Positions 48,815-58,944 of a stretch of DNA of 64,000 nucleotides are shown piece by piece. A model generated the notes under the pieces. It worked only from the letters and a program-made list of their open reading frames with translations, was not told the origin of the DNA and searched no databases. This stretch comes from an uncultured Methylomirabilota bacterium (GTDB lineage Bacteria > Methylomirabilota > Methylomirabilia > Methylomirabilales > 2-02-FULL-66-22). The translations under genes and the position numbers were made by a program. The DNA lies in the NCBI GenBank assembly GCA_963705305.1, contig OY970067.1, positions 160,001 to 224,000 of the forward strand, given 5' to 3'. The number at the start of each line of letters is the position of its first letter. The first letter of the stretch is position 1.

Positions 48815-49723
48815 CTATTTACCAAACTTCTCGCTGCGGGCCTCCGCGCCCGCGATCTTTTCCCACATCTTGACGAGCGCCGTGACGTTCTCCCCACCCA
48901 GACCCGTGGCTTTGGCCAGATCGAGCACGCTCAGCAGCGAGTTGACCATCGGGAGGGGGACGTTCTCCTCCCTCCCGAGCGCGCTGACATACGACACGTC
49001 CTTGTGGGCCAGGGCGAGCTGAAAGCCCACCGCGAAGTCTCCTCTGGCGATTTCGGGGACCGCCCTTTCAAACGCTCGACTGTTTCCACCGCTGACGCGG
49101 ATGACGTTGTATAGGGACTTGAGATCGACGCCGCATTTCACCACCAGGGGCAGGATCTCGGCCACGCCCGCGTTGCCGAGCTGACTCAAGAAGTTGTTCA
49201 CGAGCTTGACAATATTCCCATGGCTGACTGGTCCGACATGGAAGACGTTCTTCGCGATGGCCTGGAAGATGGGGCAGCAGCGCTCGAAAACGGCTTGATC
49301 GCCACCCACCATCAAGTTTAACTCGCCCGACCGGGCCTGGGCAGGTCGGCCGGTCATCGGGGAGTCCAGCATGGCGATCTTCCGCGCGCGCAGCCTCTCG
49401 GCCAACATCCGAGTGGAAGCGGGATAGCTCGTGCCGAGATCGATCACCACCGAGCCCTCTTTGAGATGCTCCAGGAGGCCGGGTGTCCCTAGAACCGTTG
49501 CCTCAACCTCCTTCGACGTTGGCAGCGTGAGGACCGCCACCGTGCTGGATGAGGCCACTTCGGCGAGCGAGCGGGTGGCCTTCCCCCCCGCCTGCATCAG
49601 CTCTCCGAGATCAAGCCCGTCGCGATGTGCGAATACGGTGACCGGAAATCCCTTCGTCAACAGCGTCATGATGATGCCCCGCCCCATCAACCCCGGCCCA
49701 AAGTACCCGATGTGCTCGGCCAT
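48815..49723 (-). CDS. Beta-hydroxyacid dehydrogenase (2-hydroxy-3-oxopropionate reductase/MmsB family)
   Basis: FGPGLMG, DSPMTG, MVGG, KLVNN and AHKD. Confidence 0.9.
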   Translation of the reverse strand: MAEHIGYFGPGLMGRGIIMTLLTKGFPVTVFAHRDGLDLGELMQAGGKATRSLAEVASSSTVAVLTLPTSKEVEATVLGTPGLLEHLKEGSVVIDLGTSYPASTRMLAERLRARKIAMLDSPMTGRPAQARSGELNLMVGGDQAVFERCCPIFQAIAKNVFHVGPVSHGNIVKLVNNFLSQLGNAGVAEILPLVVKCGVDLKSLYNVIRVSGGNSRAFERAVPEIARGDFAVGFQLALAHKDVSYVSALGREENVPLPMVNSLLSVLDLAKATGLGGENVTALVKMWEKIAGAEARSEKFGK

Positions 49724-50399
49724 GGCCTGCCTCCTTATAGTTTGTCGCCGCTCGCCTGACGCCTCTCACTCTCTCCGAACGCCTTGCAACGAACCGGAAG
49801 CGGAAAAGGCGATCTCACACATTCCGACGAGAATCGCCTCTCGAGTGTCCTGGGACCTTAGGATGATTACATGGCTCAATACGAGCACACTTGTTAGCAT
49901 ATTTATTCTGAAATACGTCCACTGTCTCCTATAGATCACGTCAAATATTTCTGGAGCGCACGCTTCGCTGGAACACGCAAAGGCACGCGCATTGTCTGAA
50001 GAATCGACCATTGGGGAAGTCCCAGTAAGCAGCGGAAGAGAGATGCGGTCATGAACGAGAGAGGGCTCCGGCGGGATGCGCCTAGCAAGATCTGCCTCGC
50101 AAAGAGTGAAGACTAGGCAGGCCCGCAGCTCGCGATTGTTCTTGCCAAGTGAGCTTATCAAGCAGTAAACATGTGCCATAGAGCTCGCCGCACGCGTAAT
50201 TCGATGAGCGCCCCTCGTCCGGTGGGTTGCTTTTCTCACCATGCTGAATAGCGGGAGGGGCAGCAACCGGTCCTGAATGACGAGGAGATGCACTCGGATG
50301 AGTAGGGGTGTCTCCTAAATCGTCGGCCGCCTCCTGGGATAGCCTGCATCGTCAAGGAAAAAGCCCATGAATCACAAGCTGACCAAGCGTCGGACCGGC

Positions 50400-51335
50400 A
50401 TGAAAACAAATGGAGTCACAATGCCAGCCGCGACGACCATGGATCGCATGCCGGAGAGTCGTCCGCGACACATTGTACCGCATTCCTCCGGCATCGAGGC
50501 TCCCAAGCTCACGGCACCTCCGAATGCGTGTGACTGCCATATCCACATCTACGACGAGCGCTTTCCCCCTGCCGGACCGACAGCACGGCATCAGACAAAT
50601 GCCGGCGTGGAAAGCTATCGGCTTCTGCAGAAACGAATCGGGACGACCCGGACTGTGGTCGTTACTCCCTCCTCGTATGGAACGGACAATCGGGCCACCA
50701 TCGACGCAATTTCCCAACTTGGCCTGAACACCGCACGAGGTGTGGCTGTTGTCCACCCCACTGTCACAGACGCTGAGTTAAGGAGCCTGCACGAGGCCGG
50801 CATCCGCGGTGTGCGCTTTACCTTGTTTGACCCCAAGACGGCTGCCACCACAATCGACATGATCGAACCGCTTTCCAAGCGTGTGAACGAGTTTGGTTGG
50901 CACCTGCAGATCCACATGCGGAGCGATCAAATTGTTGAGGCGGCTGACCTACTGTGGCGCCTCTCCTCGCCGCTAGTGTTCGACCACATGGGGCGCCTCC
51001 CGCAGCCGATTGGCATCGGCCACCCTGCCTTCGGGGTGCTCTGCCGGCTCATCGACAAGGGGCAGACTTGGGTCAAGTTGTCGAGTATTTATCAAGACAG
51101 CACGGTCGGCCCGCCGACCTACGCGGATGCGAGCAGGGTTGCCCGCTCTTACATCAACATCGCCCCGCAGAGGATGGTGTGGGGGAGCGATTGGCCGCAC
51201 CCTACCGAGACGGAAAAGCCGGACGACGCCTTGCTTTTCGACCTGCTGGCGACGTGGGCGCCTGACGATGCAACCCGCCATCGCATTCTTGTCGAAAACC
51301 CGGAAGTTCTTTATGGCTTTCCACCGCCGAGCTGA
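50400..51335 (+). CDS. Amidohydrolase_2 protein (LigI / galactarolactone isomerase-like)
   Basis: CDCHIHIYD, YGTDN, FDHMG, WVKLS and WGSDWPH; start uncertain (50367-50448). Confidence 0.9.
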   Translation: MKTNGVTMPAATTMDRMPESRPRHIVPHSSGIEAPKLTAPPNACDCHIHIYDERFPPAGPTARHQTNAGVESYRLLQKRIGTTRTVVVTPSSYGTDNRATIDAISQLGLNTARGVAVVHPTVTDAELRSLHEAGIRGVRFTLFDPKTAATTIDMIEPLSKRVNEFGWHLQIHMRSDQIVEAADLLWRLSSPLVFDHMGRLPQPIGIGHPAFGVLCRLIDKGQTWVKLSSIYQDSTVGPPTYADASRVARSYINIAPQRMVWGSDWPHPTETEKPDDALLFDLLATWAPDDATRHRILVENPEVLYGFPPPS

Positions 51336-51895
51336 CATACTCGGCCCGAGCCGAGGACGGCGCCGTTTGGGTTCTAATCCGGTGCAGCCCTGGATCCACG
51401 TCCCATAGAACACTGCAACAAATTCTGCGTTGAGACCCTGAACGATAGGACGTCGTTGACGGAGTGGAACAACCCTCGTAGCGTTTCCTCTGATCGGACG
51501 GAGAGACCCTCTGTGTGGGCGGTGTGCGCTGGTAGCCCAGGCCAGCCCCTGCATGGCCCACAGGGGGACGGGTCTGCTCCCCAGGCGGTGGCTCCGGGGC
51601 CCAGCACCCTCACCGAAGGAAATGGCCATCCGATCCCCTGGGTCTTCCATAGGTGGGGGCCACACTCTGCTTTCCTGCTCCCTTCGCGCCCCGGGTTATG
51701 GGACCTCGCGACTGGGAGGGCTTTCAGCCGGGGCTCCAAGAGTCCCCGCCTACTCCACATGCCCACTCGGTCGTCGCCGGGGCGTAAATCCTCTTGCGCC
51801 AGAAGCACAGTGAGATCTTGCCACAGCCGGGAGGTCTTTGCCTAGCGCTGGCAGATCCTCCACCCGGCCTTCTTCCCCGACAGTTCTTGTCCAGT

Positions 51896-52684
51896 TCACC
51901 CGGCTAGCTCATAGCCATATTCCTTGATCCAGCCGAGGGAGCTCAGGGTGTCGGGGGCAGGTTCGTACTCCAATCCAACAAACTCCCTGTAGCCGAGCTT
52001 GTCCATCTCGCTGAAGAGGAACGGGTAGTTGATCTCGCCGGTCCCCGGCTGATGCCGCCCGGGGGTGTCCGCAACGTGAATGTGATCGATTTGTGCGATG
52101 TGCTCACGCAGGATCTGGGCGAGATTCCCCTCTGTTCGTTGCGCGTGGTAGAGGTCATACTGAACGTAGAGATTTGGCCGTTTTGCTTCGGCGATCACAT
52201 CGAGCACATCCTGCACGCGGTTGAGGAAGAAGCTCGGGATGGTGTAGCGATTCACATGCTCGATGACCACCTTGGCCCCGATTTCGCCCAGGGCATCCGC
52301 CGCGAACCGAAGGTTCTCAATCATAGTCGCACAATGCTGCTCCGGGCTAAATCCTGGCGTCATCTTGCCTGCCATGCAGTTTACGCGAGGAACGCCGAGG
52401 ATCTTTGCGTAGGAAATCGCGATCTTGACGCCCGCACGGAACTCCCCCACCCGGTCCGGAATGGCAGCGATGCCACGGTCTTTTGGCCAGTTGCCGCTGG
52501 GCAGGATGAAAAGAACAGCCCGAAGACCGTTCGCCTCTAACAATCCCTTGAGCTCTTCCGCCGGATATTCATAGGGGAGGAGGAACTCAACCTGCTTGAA
52601 GCCGGCCTGCCTGGCGGCAGCGAACCGGTCCGTGAACGGGACCTCCGTAAACAGCCACCCGAGATTAGCCGCAAACTTTGGCAT
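51896..52684 (-). CDS. hyi: Hydroxypyruvate isomerase family protein
   Basis: MPKFAANL, YDLYHAQ, ADTPGRHQPGTGEINY and GLEY. Confidence 0.9.
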   Translation of the reverse strand: MPKFAANLGWLFTEVPFTDRFAAARQAGFKQVEFLLPYEYPAEELKGLLEANGLRAVLFILPSGNWPKDRGIAAIPDRVGEFRAGVKIAISYAKILGVPRVNCMAGKMTPGFSPEQHCATMIENLRFAADALGEIGAKVVIEHVNRYTIPSFFLNRVQDVLDVIAEAKRPNLYVQYDLYHAQRTEGNLAQILREHIAQIDHIHVADTPGRHQPGTGEINYPFLFSEMDKLGYREFVGLEYEPAPDTLSSLGWIKEYGYELAG

Positions 52685-52840
52685 GGAGCGCTTTCCTCCC
52701 TACCAGGGTGGGTGCCATGGCCTCAATTGATGGCCCCAGCCGCCTAGTGCGAGGCAGAAAGGAGCCATAGGGTCGGGAACCAGATCGCGTTCTCGTAGGT
52801 CACAGCGAGCACAGTTGTTGCTTTCTTCAGTGAAGGCACA

Positions 52841-53857
52841 TCACACATGCTGGCCTCGGCGATCAGCGAGAATGGTGCCCATCCGGCACGCCACCCTGAG
52901 CGCCTCGTAAAGGCCCTGTGAGCTCGCTTTCCCTTGTCCGACGATGTCGAAGGCGGTTCCGTGGGCCGGCGTGGTGATCGGAATTGGTAACCCTCCCTCG
53001 ACTGTCACTCCTCGCTCGAAGCCCATCAGCTTCATTGCAATCTGGCTCTGGTCGTGATACATGGCCACAATGGCATCATAGGTCCCTGCCTTAGCCCGAA
53101 GAAAGATGGTGTCTGCCGGGAACGGGCCGGCCGCCTGGATTCCTTCCGAACATGCTTCCTGGATACCTGGGGCGATCGCCCGGATTTCTTCGTCGCCGAA
53201 TAGCCCACCTTCCCCACCGTGTGGGTTAAAGGCTGCCACCGCCACTCGTGGCTTCGCGACGCCCGATAGGCGTAGCGCGTCGTGGATTAGCACGATGGCG
53301 TCATGCACTGCTATCGGGGTGATGAGATCACTCACTTGCTTGAGGCCCACATGCGAGGTCACGCGGGAAGTCCAGAGGTTTTCCAGTACATTGATCTCCG
53401 AGATGTACCCTTTCCATTGCAGCCGATCAGCGATGTAATGCAACTCATCCGGGAAGGGGGAGCCGCCAAGGTGCATGGCCTGTTTATTCAGCGGGGCGAA
53501 GACGATGGCGTCCAGCTTCCCGCCCCGTGCCAAGTCGAGGGTGAATGCCAGCACATCTAGGACCGACTTACCCGCCTTAGGGCTGACCTGTCCAATCGTG
53601 AACTCGTCAGGAGATGGGCCCGAAAAGTCCAGGAATTGAAGCGATCCGCTGTCGAAGCGTACGTCCTCCGAGCGACGCACGATTTGCACACTGAGGGAGA
53701 TGCCAGCCGCCCTCTGGCCCATTGCAAAGCTACGACGATCCCCGATCACCACTAGGGCCGCATGCTCCTGAACGTCGGTGGTCGCAAGGAGCTTGGCTAC
53801 GATTTCCGGACCGATCCCAGTTGGATCCCCCAGCAATAACGCAATCCTTGGCTTCAT
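52841..53857 (-). CDS. PdxA-family oxidative decarboxylase, variant lacking the GHT motif
   Basis: GDPTGIGPE, APLNK, NPHGGE, GPFPADT, MYHDQ and AHGTAFDI. Confidence 0.9.
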   Translation of the reverse strand: MKPRIALLLGDPTGIGPEIVAKLLATTDVQEHAALVVIGDRRSFAMGQRAAGISLSVQIVRRSEDVRFDSGSLQFLDFSGPSPDEFTIGQVSPKAGKSVLDVLAFTLDLARGGKLDAIVFAPLNKQAMHLGGSPFPDELHYIADRLQWKGYISEINVLENLWTSRVTSHVGLKQVSDLITPIAVHDAIVLIHDALRLSGVAKPRVAVAAFNPHGGEGGLFGDEEIRAIAPGIQEACSEGIQAAGPFPADTIFLRAKAGTYDAIVAMYHDQSQIAMKLMGFERGVTVEGGLPIPITTPAHGTAFDIVGQGKASSQGLYEALRVACRMGTILADRRGQHV

Positions 53858-54344
53858 TCTCCGTTTCTCCTCTGCGACAGGGTACCGCCAGCCCGTAGCG
53901 GTCCCCCTCGCCCTGACGTTTCACCTAGATTTCCTGGTTCCATGCCGTGAGGCCGTTCGGTGAGCAGGTGAGTGGCGCTTAGTATTCCGTCGCACTGGAT
54001 GAGGATCACCGCACTGCGACACGTTTCGGCATACCGGCGAACTTCCTATGTTTCTCGATTGGAGGACGTCCTCGTGATTTCCATGCACCCTTTCGGCGTT
54101 CGGTTCGTTTCGGCGCAGGATTCAGTTTGAGAAGCCCCTCGTAGGTTGTTCCGGAATCTTTAAGCCGACCTTCTGTGCCATTGCTCCCCAATACCCAAAA
54201 CGCCCCGTGGGCTGACCGGGTGCAGCTGTGGCCGTCGGTCAGGAGCGTGAGAGGCCATCCTCCCCCCATGCCGTGGGATCGTCAGGATGAACCCGTCATC
54301 GCCCGTGACCCGCTCGACCTTCATCATTGATGTAAATGCTGGCA

Positions 54345-55730
54345 TCACTGCTTGCCGAAGGCCGCCTCCTGTTCGCGGCGGAGCTCCCACAGGTAGGAAT
54401 CTTGGGGAATCTCCACCATCGCCTCGGTAAGGGGCGTTCCGGCCGCAACATCCTTCATCAGCCGTAACCCCGCGCACAATGTCAAGGGGACTAATTTTTC
54501 CCGGCGCGCCTCGGCCCAAGACTCGTAGCTCGAGGTTAGCTGGTCGGTCAGCTCGAGGTTCCGATCGATGGCTGTCCCCTGCTTGAGATCACGCTTCGCC
54601 ACCGCGATGAGGTCCCATCGCGGGCGGCTCTCGCGTGCTCCTGTCGGAACCCCGAGCCTCGCCGCCGTGAGGATGGAAATGGGGGTTTCCACCCCGCAGA
54701 GATGATACGGCCGGTAAATCACGGCCGCGGTCCCGGCGCGGTTCGGAACCAAACCCTTCGTGTGCAGGATCGTACGCGAGTAGGTGTTCTCGCAGCGGAC
54801 CACCACGAACACGCCTCCCCCCATGGTCGGGATCTCCGGTGTTATGAGCGAGCAGACCGTATCCAGCATTCCAGGGCGCTCCAGGGTTCCCCCGTCGGTT
54901 TTCAGACATAATGACTCCGGAATCTCAAGGGTCCGGAGGATGGGCTCGGCATGCGGTCCGGTGATCGGGTCTAGCCCAGTGGCATTGGCCACGCAAATCA
55001 TCTCCATCCGGTCATAGTTAGCCCCCGTCTCTCCGAAACACTTGCGGCGGGCCGCGATTTTCGCCGCGGCATCATCCCGGATCGGCCGGGCTGCCTCGAC
55101 CCAGGTCGGCTGGATGGGTAGGCTCCTTCCCCCAATCCGAACCTCTCCGGCTCGCTCGTCCAGGACGATCTCCTTGTCATGACTCTTGCCCGCTGCGATG
55201 ATCTCGAGCCCGAGTACCCTCGCCCAATCGCACAGGCCGATGATGGCCGCGGGCTGATCACCATCGGCTTGCGTGTACACCACGCCGGCCCTCTCCGCCT
55301 TCCGGTGGAGAATCGGCCCAACGGCGGCATCCGTCTCCTTGTTGACCATGACTACATGGCAGCCCTGCGCGAATGCCGCGACGGCGTGGATAGCTCCCGC
55401 CTCCGCCTGGCCGGTCGCCTCGACCACCACCTCGACATCGCAGGCGGCCATCAGTTCCGGGCGAGCCGTGAGAACCACCTTGCCGCTGCGTCGGGCGTCG
55501 CGCACCTCTGATTCTTTCTCTGCGACAGCAAGACGTCCCTCGTCCCACCCAGCAAGGCGGCACGCCTTCTTTGCGGATTCGACGTTCGTATCGGCAATGC
55601 ACGTGACAGCATACTGCGGGATTACCGGGGACTGTGTGATGACGGCTGTTCCAAAATGGCCGGCTCCGATGATCCCAACTTTCACTGGTGGCTTCTGAGG
55701 ACCCTTCGACAGCAGATTTCCGTAGATCAT
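54345..55730 (-). CDS. Second SAF-domain NAD(P)-dependent oxidoreductase
   Basis: IGAGHFG, MVNKETD, DGDQP, VANATGL and RPYHL. Confidence 0.88.
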   Translation of the reverse strand: MIYGNLLSKGPQKPPVKVGIIGAGHFGTAVITQSPVIPQYAVTCIADTNVESAKKACRLAGWDEGRLAVAEKESEVRDARRSGKVVLTARPELMAACDVEVVVEATGQAEAGAIHAVAAFAQGCHVVMVNKETDAAVGPILHRKAERAGVVYTQADGDQPAAIIGLCDWARVLGLEIIAAGKSHDKEIVLDERAGEVRIGGRSLPIQPTWVEAARPIRDDAAAKIAARRKCFGETGANYDRMEMICVANATGLDPITGPHAEPILRTLEIPESLCLKTDGGTLERPGMLDTVCSLITPEIPTMGGGVFVVVRCENTYSRTILHTKGLVPNRAGTAAVIYRPYHLCGVETPISILTAARLGVPTGARESRPRWDLIAVAKRDLKQGTAIDRNLELTDQLTSSYESWAEARREKLVPLTLCAGLRLMKDVAAGTPLTEAMVEIPQDSYLWELRREQEAAFGKQ

Positions 55731-55798
55731 CGTAACCCTCCGCGCTAGCGTTCGACTTTACCTTCTACTAGCCACTCCATTCAATTTATCAGTTACTA

Positions 55799-56966
55799 GT
55801 CTACCGTGTCACACAGATGCCATCTTATGCAGCACTGCTCGAGCCCGCTCGACTTTCGCCAGGATGTCCTCCACCTTGGCCGTCCAGGTGAACGACCGGG
55901 GGTGGCGGTTGTGGTGTGCGATGAAGGCCTCAATGGCGGCGATGAGGTCGGCGACGCTCTTGAAGACGCCCCGGCGGAGCCGCTTGGTCGTGAGCTCCCG
56001 GAACCACCGCTCGATGAGATTCAACCACGAGCTGCTGGTCGGAATGAAGTGCATGTGGAAGCGTGGGTGGCGGGCGAGCCAGCGCTGGACCGCAGGGTGT
56101 TTATGGGTGGCGTAGTTGTCCACGATCAGGTGGAGGTCCAGGTCGGGCGGGGTCTGCGCGTCGATCAGCCGGAGGAACCGGAGCCACTCCTGGTGCCGAT
56201 GCTTGGGCAGGCACGTGCCGATGAGCTGGCCCGTCACGAGCCCCAGGGCGGCGAAGAGCGTGGTCGTGCCGTTCCGCTTGTAGTCGTGGGTCAGGGTGCC
56301 GCACCGGCCCTTCTTCAGCGGGAGGCCGGGTTGGGTGCGGTCGAGCGCTTGGATCTGGCTCTTCTCGTCGGCGCACAGCACCAACGCGTGCTCAGGGGGA
56401 TTCAGGTACAGCCCCACCACATCGGTCAGCTTCTCGAGGAACCGCCGGTCGCGGCTCACCTTGAACGGGCGGACCCGATGCGGCTTCAGGCCGTGGGCCT
56501 GCCAGACCCGGTGCACGGTCTTCGGGCTCACGCCGACCGCGGCCGCCAGGGTCCGCGTGCTCCAGTGGGTGGCGGCGGGCGGCGCGCTGGTTGTCGTCAG
56601 GGTGACGATGCGCTGCAGGACCGCCGGGGCGATGGCGGGCGTCCGGCCGGGGCGCGGGGCATCCCGCTCGATCCCGGCCAGCCGCTGCTGGGCGAAGCGA
56701 GTCCGCCACCGACCCACACACTCGCGATCCGTGTCCAGGGCCCGGGCGACCTCGTCGTTCCGCTGCCCCGCCGCCGCGCGCAGGACGATCTGCGCCCGGC
56801 GCACGAGGCGCGCGGGGGTGCGCCGCCCCCGTGCCCAGCGTTCCAAGATGGTGCGTTCCTGCGGGCTCAGCACAATCGGCACCGCCACACGCATGGCTTG
56901 CTCCTCCTCACCGAGGAGCATACCAGAGTACGTACTATAAGTCACCGTATTTATGACACACTAGAC
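55799..56966 (-). mobile_element. IS630-family insertion sequence 1
   Basis: Ends GTCTACCGTGTCA and (rc) GTCTAGTGTGTCA, flanked by duplicated TA in a CTAG context. Confidence 0.9.
55809..56894 (-). CDS. IS630 transposase
   Basis: [17 protein letters not shown] and [10 protein letters not shown] (DDE triad). Confidence 0.95.
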   Translation of the reverse strand: MRVAVPIVLSPQERTILERWARGRRTPARLVRRAQIVLRAAAGQRNDEVARALDTDRECVGRWRTRFAQQRLAGIERDAPRPGRTPAIAPAVLQRIVTLTTTSAPPAATHWSTRTLAAAVGVSPKTVHRVWQAHGLKPHRVRPFKVSRDRRFLEKLTDVVGLYLNPPEHALVLCADEKSQIQALDRTQPGLPLKKGRCGTLTHDYKRNGTTTLFAALGLVTGQLIGTCLPKHRHQEWLRFLRLIDAQTPPDLDLHLIVDNYATHKHPAVQRWLARHPRFHMHFIPTSSSWLNLIERWFRELTTKRLRRGVFKSVADLIAAIEAFIAHHNRHPRSFTWTAKVEDILAKVERARAVLHKMASV

Positions 56967-57566
56967 TAGGAGGAGCCCCTGAACGTCAAACCTCCGTCAT
57001 ACGAACGGAAATTACCCTGAGTCGCGTGTAAGTGTGAACCGCTCAGCAGGCCAAGGCCCTCATTCCGACTTCCTGCTCCCCTCTAGCTCCGCGTTGTGGG
57101 GCCTAGTGACCGGGAGGTCTTTCGGCCGGGGAAACAAGAGCCTTCGTCGACTCCGCACCGGGCGCGCACGCATCCCGAGCGGAGTCTAGTTTTTCTGTCT
57201 TGCATCGAACGGCTCGAGCCTGCTCGCCATTCGTTTTTTTCCGCCTCCAGCCGAATTGGCTCGCGCGCCCACCAAGGTGTGTCGCACGCGGTCGGAGTCC
57301 CACCGTATCCTCCCGGCGGAGGCTGCTAGACACCTCGTCATCTTTGGCCGCGTGCGGTATTTCAGCCTGTCGATGAACGGCTCGGTCGTCAGCCTCTCCC
57401 GGCGCACAGTCAGCCAGGTGCGGCGGGGGATCCTTCCGCGTCACAGCCAAGACTTCTGTCGCTCCTGGTGGCAGATGACGCGCCACATCCCCGGTGGACT
57501 TCCGTCCAGTCGCATCTGCTCTCCCTACCCGCTGGTTCACCTCAAGGGTGTCCCCCGAGGCAAGAG

Positions 57567-58649
57567 CTAGTGTTGTGTAACTAACGCTGCTTTACAACGA
57601 TCGACCTTCGTCATGATCATGTCAGCGCTCTTGGTCCAGACGAAGCGTTTGGGAGCGCGGTTGTACTCATCGAGGTACTCCTGGATCGCGGCCAGGAGCT
57701 CCTTGACGCTGGCGAAGCTGCCGCGACGGATGCGCTTCTGGGTGATCTCGCGGAACCAGCGCTCGACCAGGTTGAGCCAGGAGCTGCCCGTGGGCGTGAA
57801 GTGGAGATGGAAGCGCGGGTGGCGGTGGAGCCAGCGCTGGACCGGGGGGCTCTTGTGGGTGCCGTAGTTGTCCACGATGAGATGCAGGTCCAGGGCCGCC
57901 GGCGTCTGCTGATCGAGGGTACGGAGGAAGCGGAGGAACTCCTGGCTGCGGTGCCGGGGCAGACACTGGCCGATGACCTTGCCATCGAGCAGGCAGAGGG
58001 CCGCGTAGAGGGTGGTGGTCCCGTGGCGCTTGTAGTCGTGGGTCATCGTGCCGCAGCGGCCCCGCTTCATCGGCAGCCCCGGTTGGGTCCGGTCGAGGGC
58101 CTGGATTTGGCTCTTCTCGTCCACCGACAGGACCAGGGCCCGGTCCGGCGGATCGAGGTACAGCCCCACCACGTCGCGCAGCTTCTCGACAAAGTGGGGA
58201 TCGCGGGAGAGCTTGAAAGTCTCCACCCGGTGCGGCTGCAGCCCATGCTGCTTCCAGATCCGCTGGACCGTCATGTGGGAGAGGCCCTGGGCCTTGGCCA
58301 GGGTGCGGGTGCTCCAGTGCGTCGCCCCCCGCGGGGTACTGTGCAAGGTCGCCTCGACCACCCGCTTCACGACCGCAGGCGAGAGAGCCTTCTTGCGGCC
58401 TGGCCGCGGCGCCTCCTTCAGCAGCCCGGGCGCCCCGCGGGCCTGAAACCGGCTCCGCCACAGCAGCACCGTCGGGCGACTGGTGCCCAGCCGCGCCGCG
58501 CTGGCGTTGTTGGGGACGCCCTCGCTGGCCAGCAGGACGATCCGGGCCCGCAGGGCCACCTTCTGCGGTGTCTTGCCCGAGTTCGCCAGGAACCGGAGTC
58601 GCTTCCGCTGATTCTCGTCGATCGTGAGCGCCCGCGCTGGAGTAAACAT
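57567..58649 (-). CDS. IS630 transposase
   Basis: [17 protein letters not shown] and SWLNLVERWF. Confidence 0.95.
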   Translation of the reverse strand: MFTPARALTIDENQRKRLRFLANSGKTPQKVALRARIVLLASEGVPNNASAARLGTSRPTVLLWRSRFQARGAPGLLKEAPRPGRKKALSPAVVKRVVEATLHSTPRGATHWSTRTLAKAQGLSHMTVQRIWKQHGLQPHRVETFKLSRDPHFVEKLRDVVGLYLDPPDRALVLSVDEKSQIQALDRTQPGLPMKRGRCGTMTHDYKRHGTTTLYAALCLLDGKVIGQCLPRHRSQEFLRFLRTLDQQTPAALDLHLIVDNYGTHKSPPVQRWLHRHPRFHLHFTPTGSSWLNLVERWFREITQKRIRRGSFASVKELLAAIQEYLDEYNRAPKRFVWTKSADMIMTKVDRCKAALVTQH

Positions 58650-58704
58650 GAGCCCTTGTACACATACAGCACCTGATTGTAAAGCTATTTCTGTTACAGA
58701 TCAC
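57570..58704 (-). mobile_element. IS630-family insertion sequence 2
   Basis: Ends GTGTTGTGTAAC and (rc) GTGATCTGTAAC; duplicated TA in CTAG; the transposase TAG stop falls in the target site. Confidence 0.9.
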
Positions 58705-58944
58705 TAGAAGTAGGAGAGAACCATGATTGGTCGTGCCTTTCTCCACAGATCCGGACATGTGGGGGCTCTATGGCGTTGTCGGTTCCCCATTCCCTAAAGC
58801 GCTAGCCCCACGAAGATCCCCCTGAGCATCTACGGTCTACGAGGGACAGCTCACGGACTACATCACCGAGACGAGCGTGCTCTCCACCGCCGATTCATCT
58901 TGGGCCATCCCTTCTTTCCCTCTGACGACGCAGAGCCCGCTCGT

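Larger units (their letters stand above)
57186..58770 (-). pseudogene. Decayed IS5-family transposase interrupted by IS630 element 2
   Basis: Excising IS630 fuses GSVEKGTTNHGSLLLL to ALASGDTLEVNQRVG...TGRK in frame; downstream RRERLTTEPFIDRLK...MTRC resembles IS5 RRRxAIEPxIGHLK. Confidence 0.5.

Noticed and set aside
49766..50293. 175-aa ORF in a low-GC gap
   Set aside because: Atypical composition and no motifs; probably spurious.
51340..51890. Possible dehydrogenase remnant (VRVLGPGATAWG)
   Set aside because: Too short and degenerate to support.
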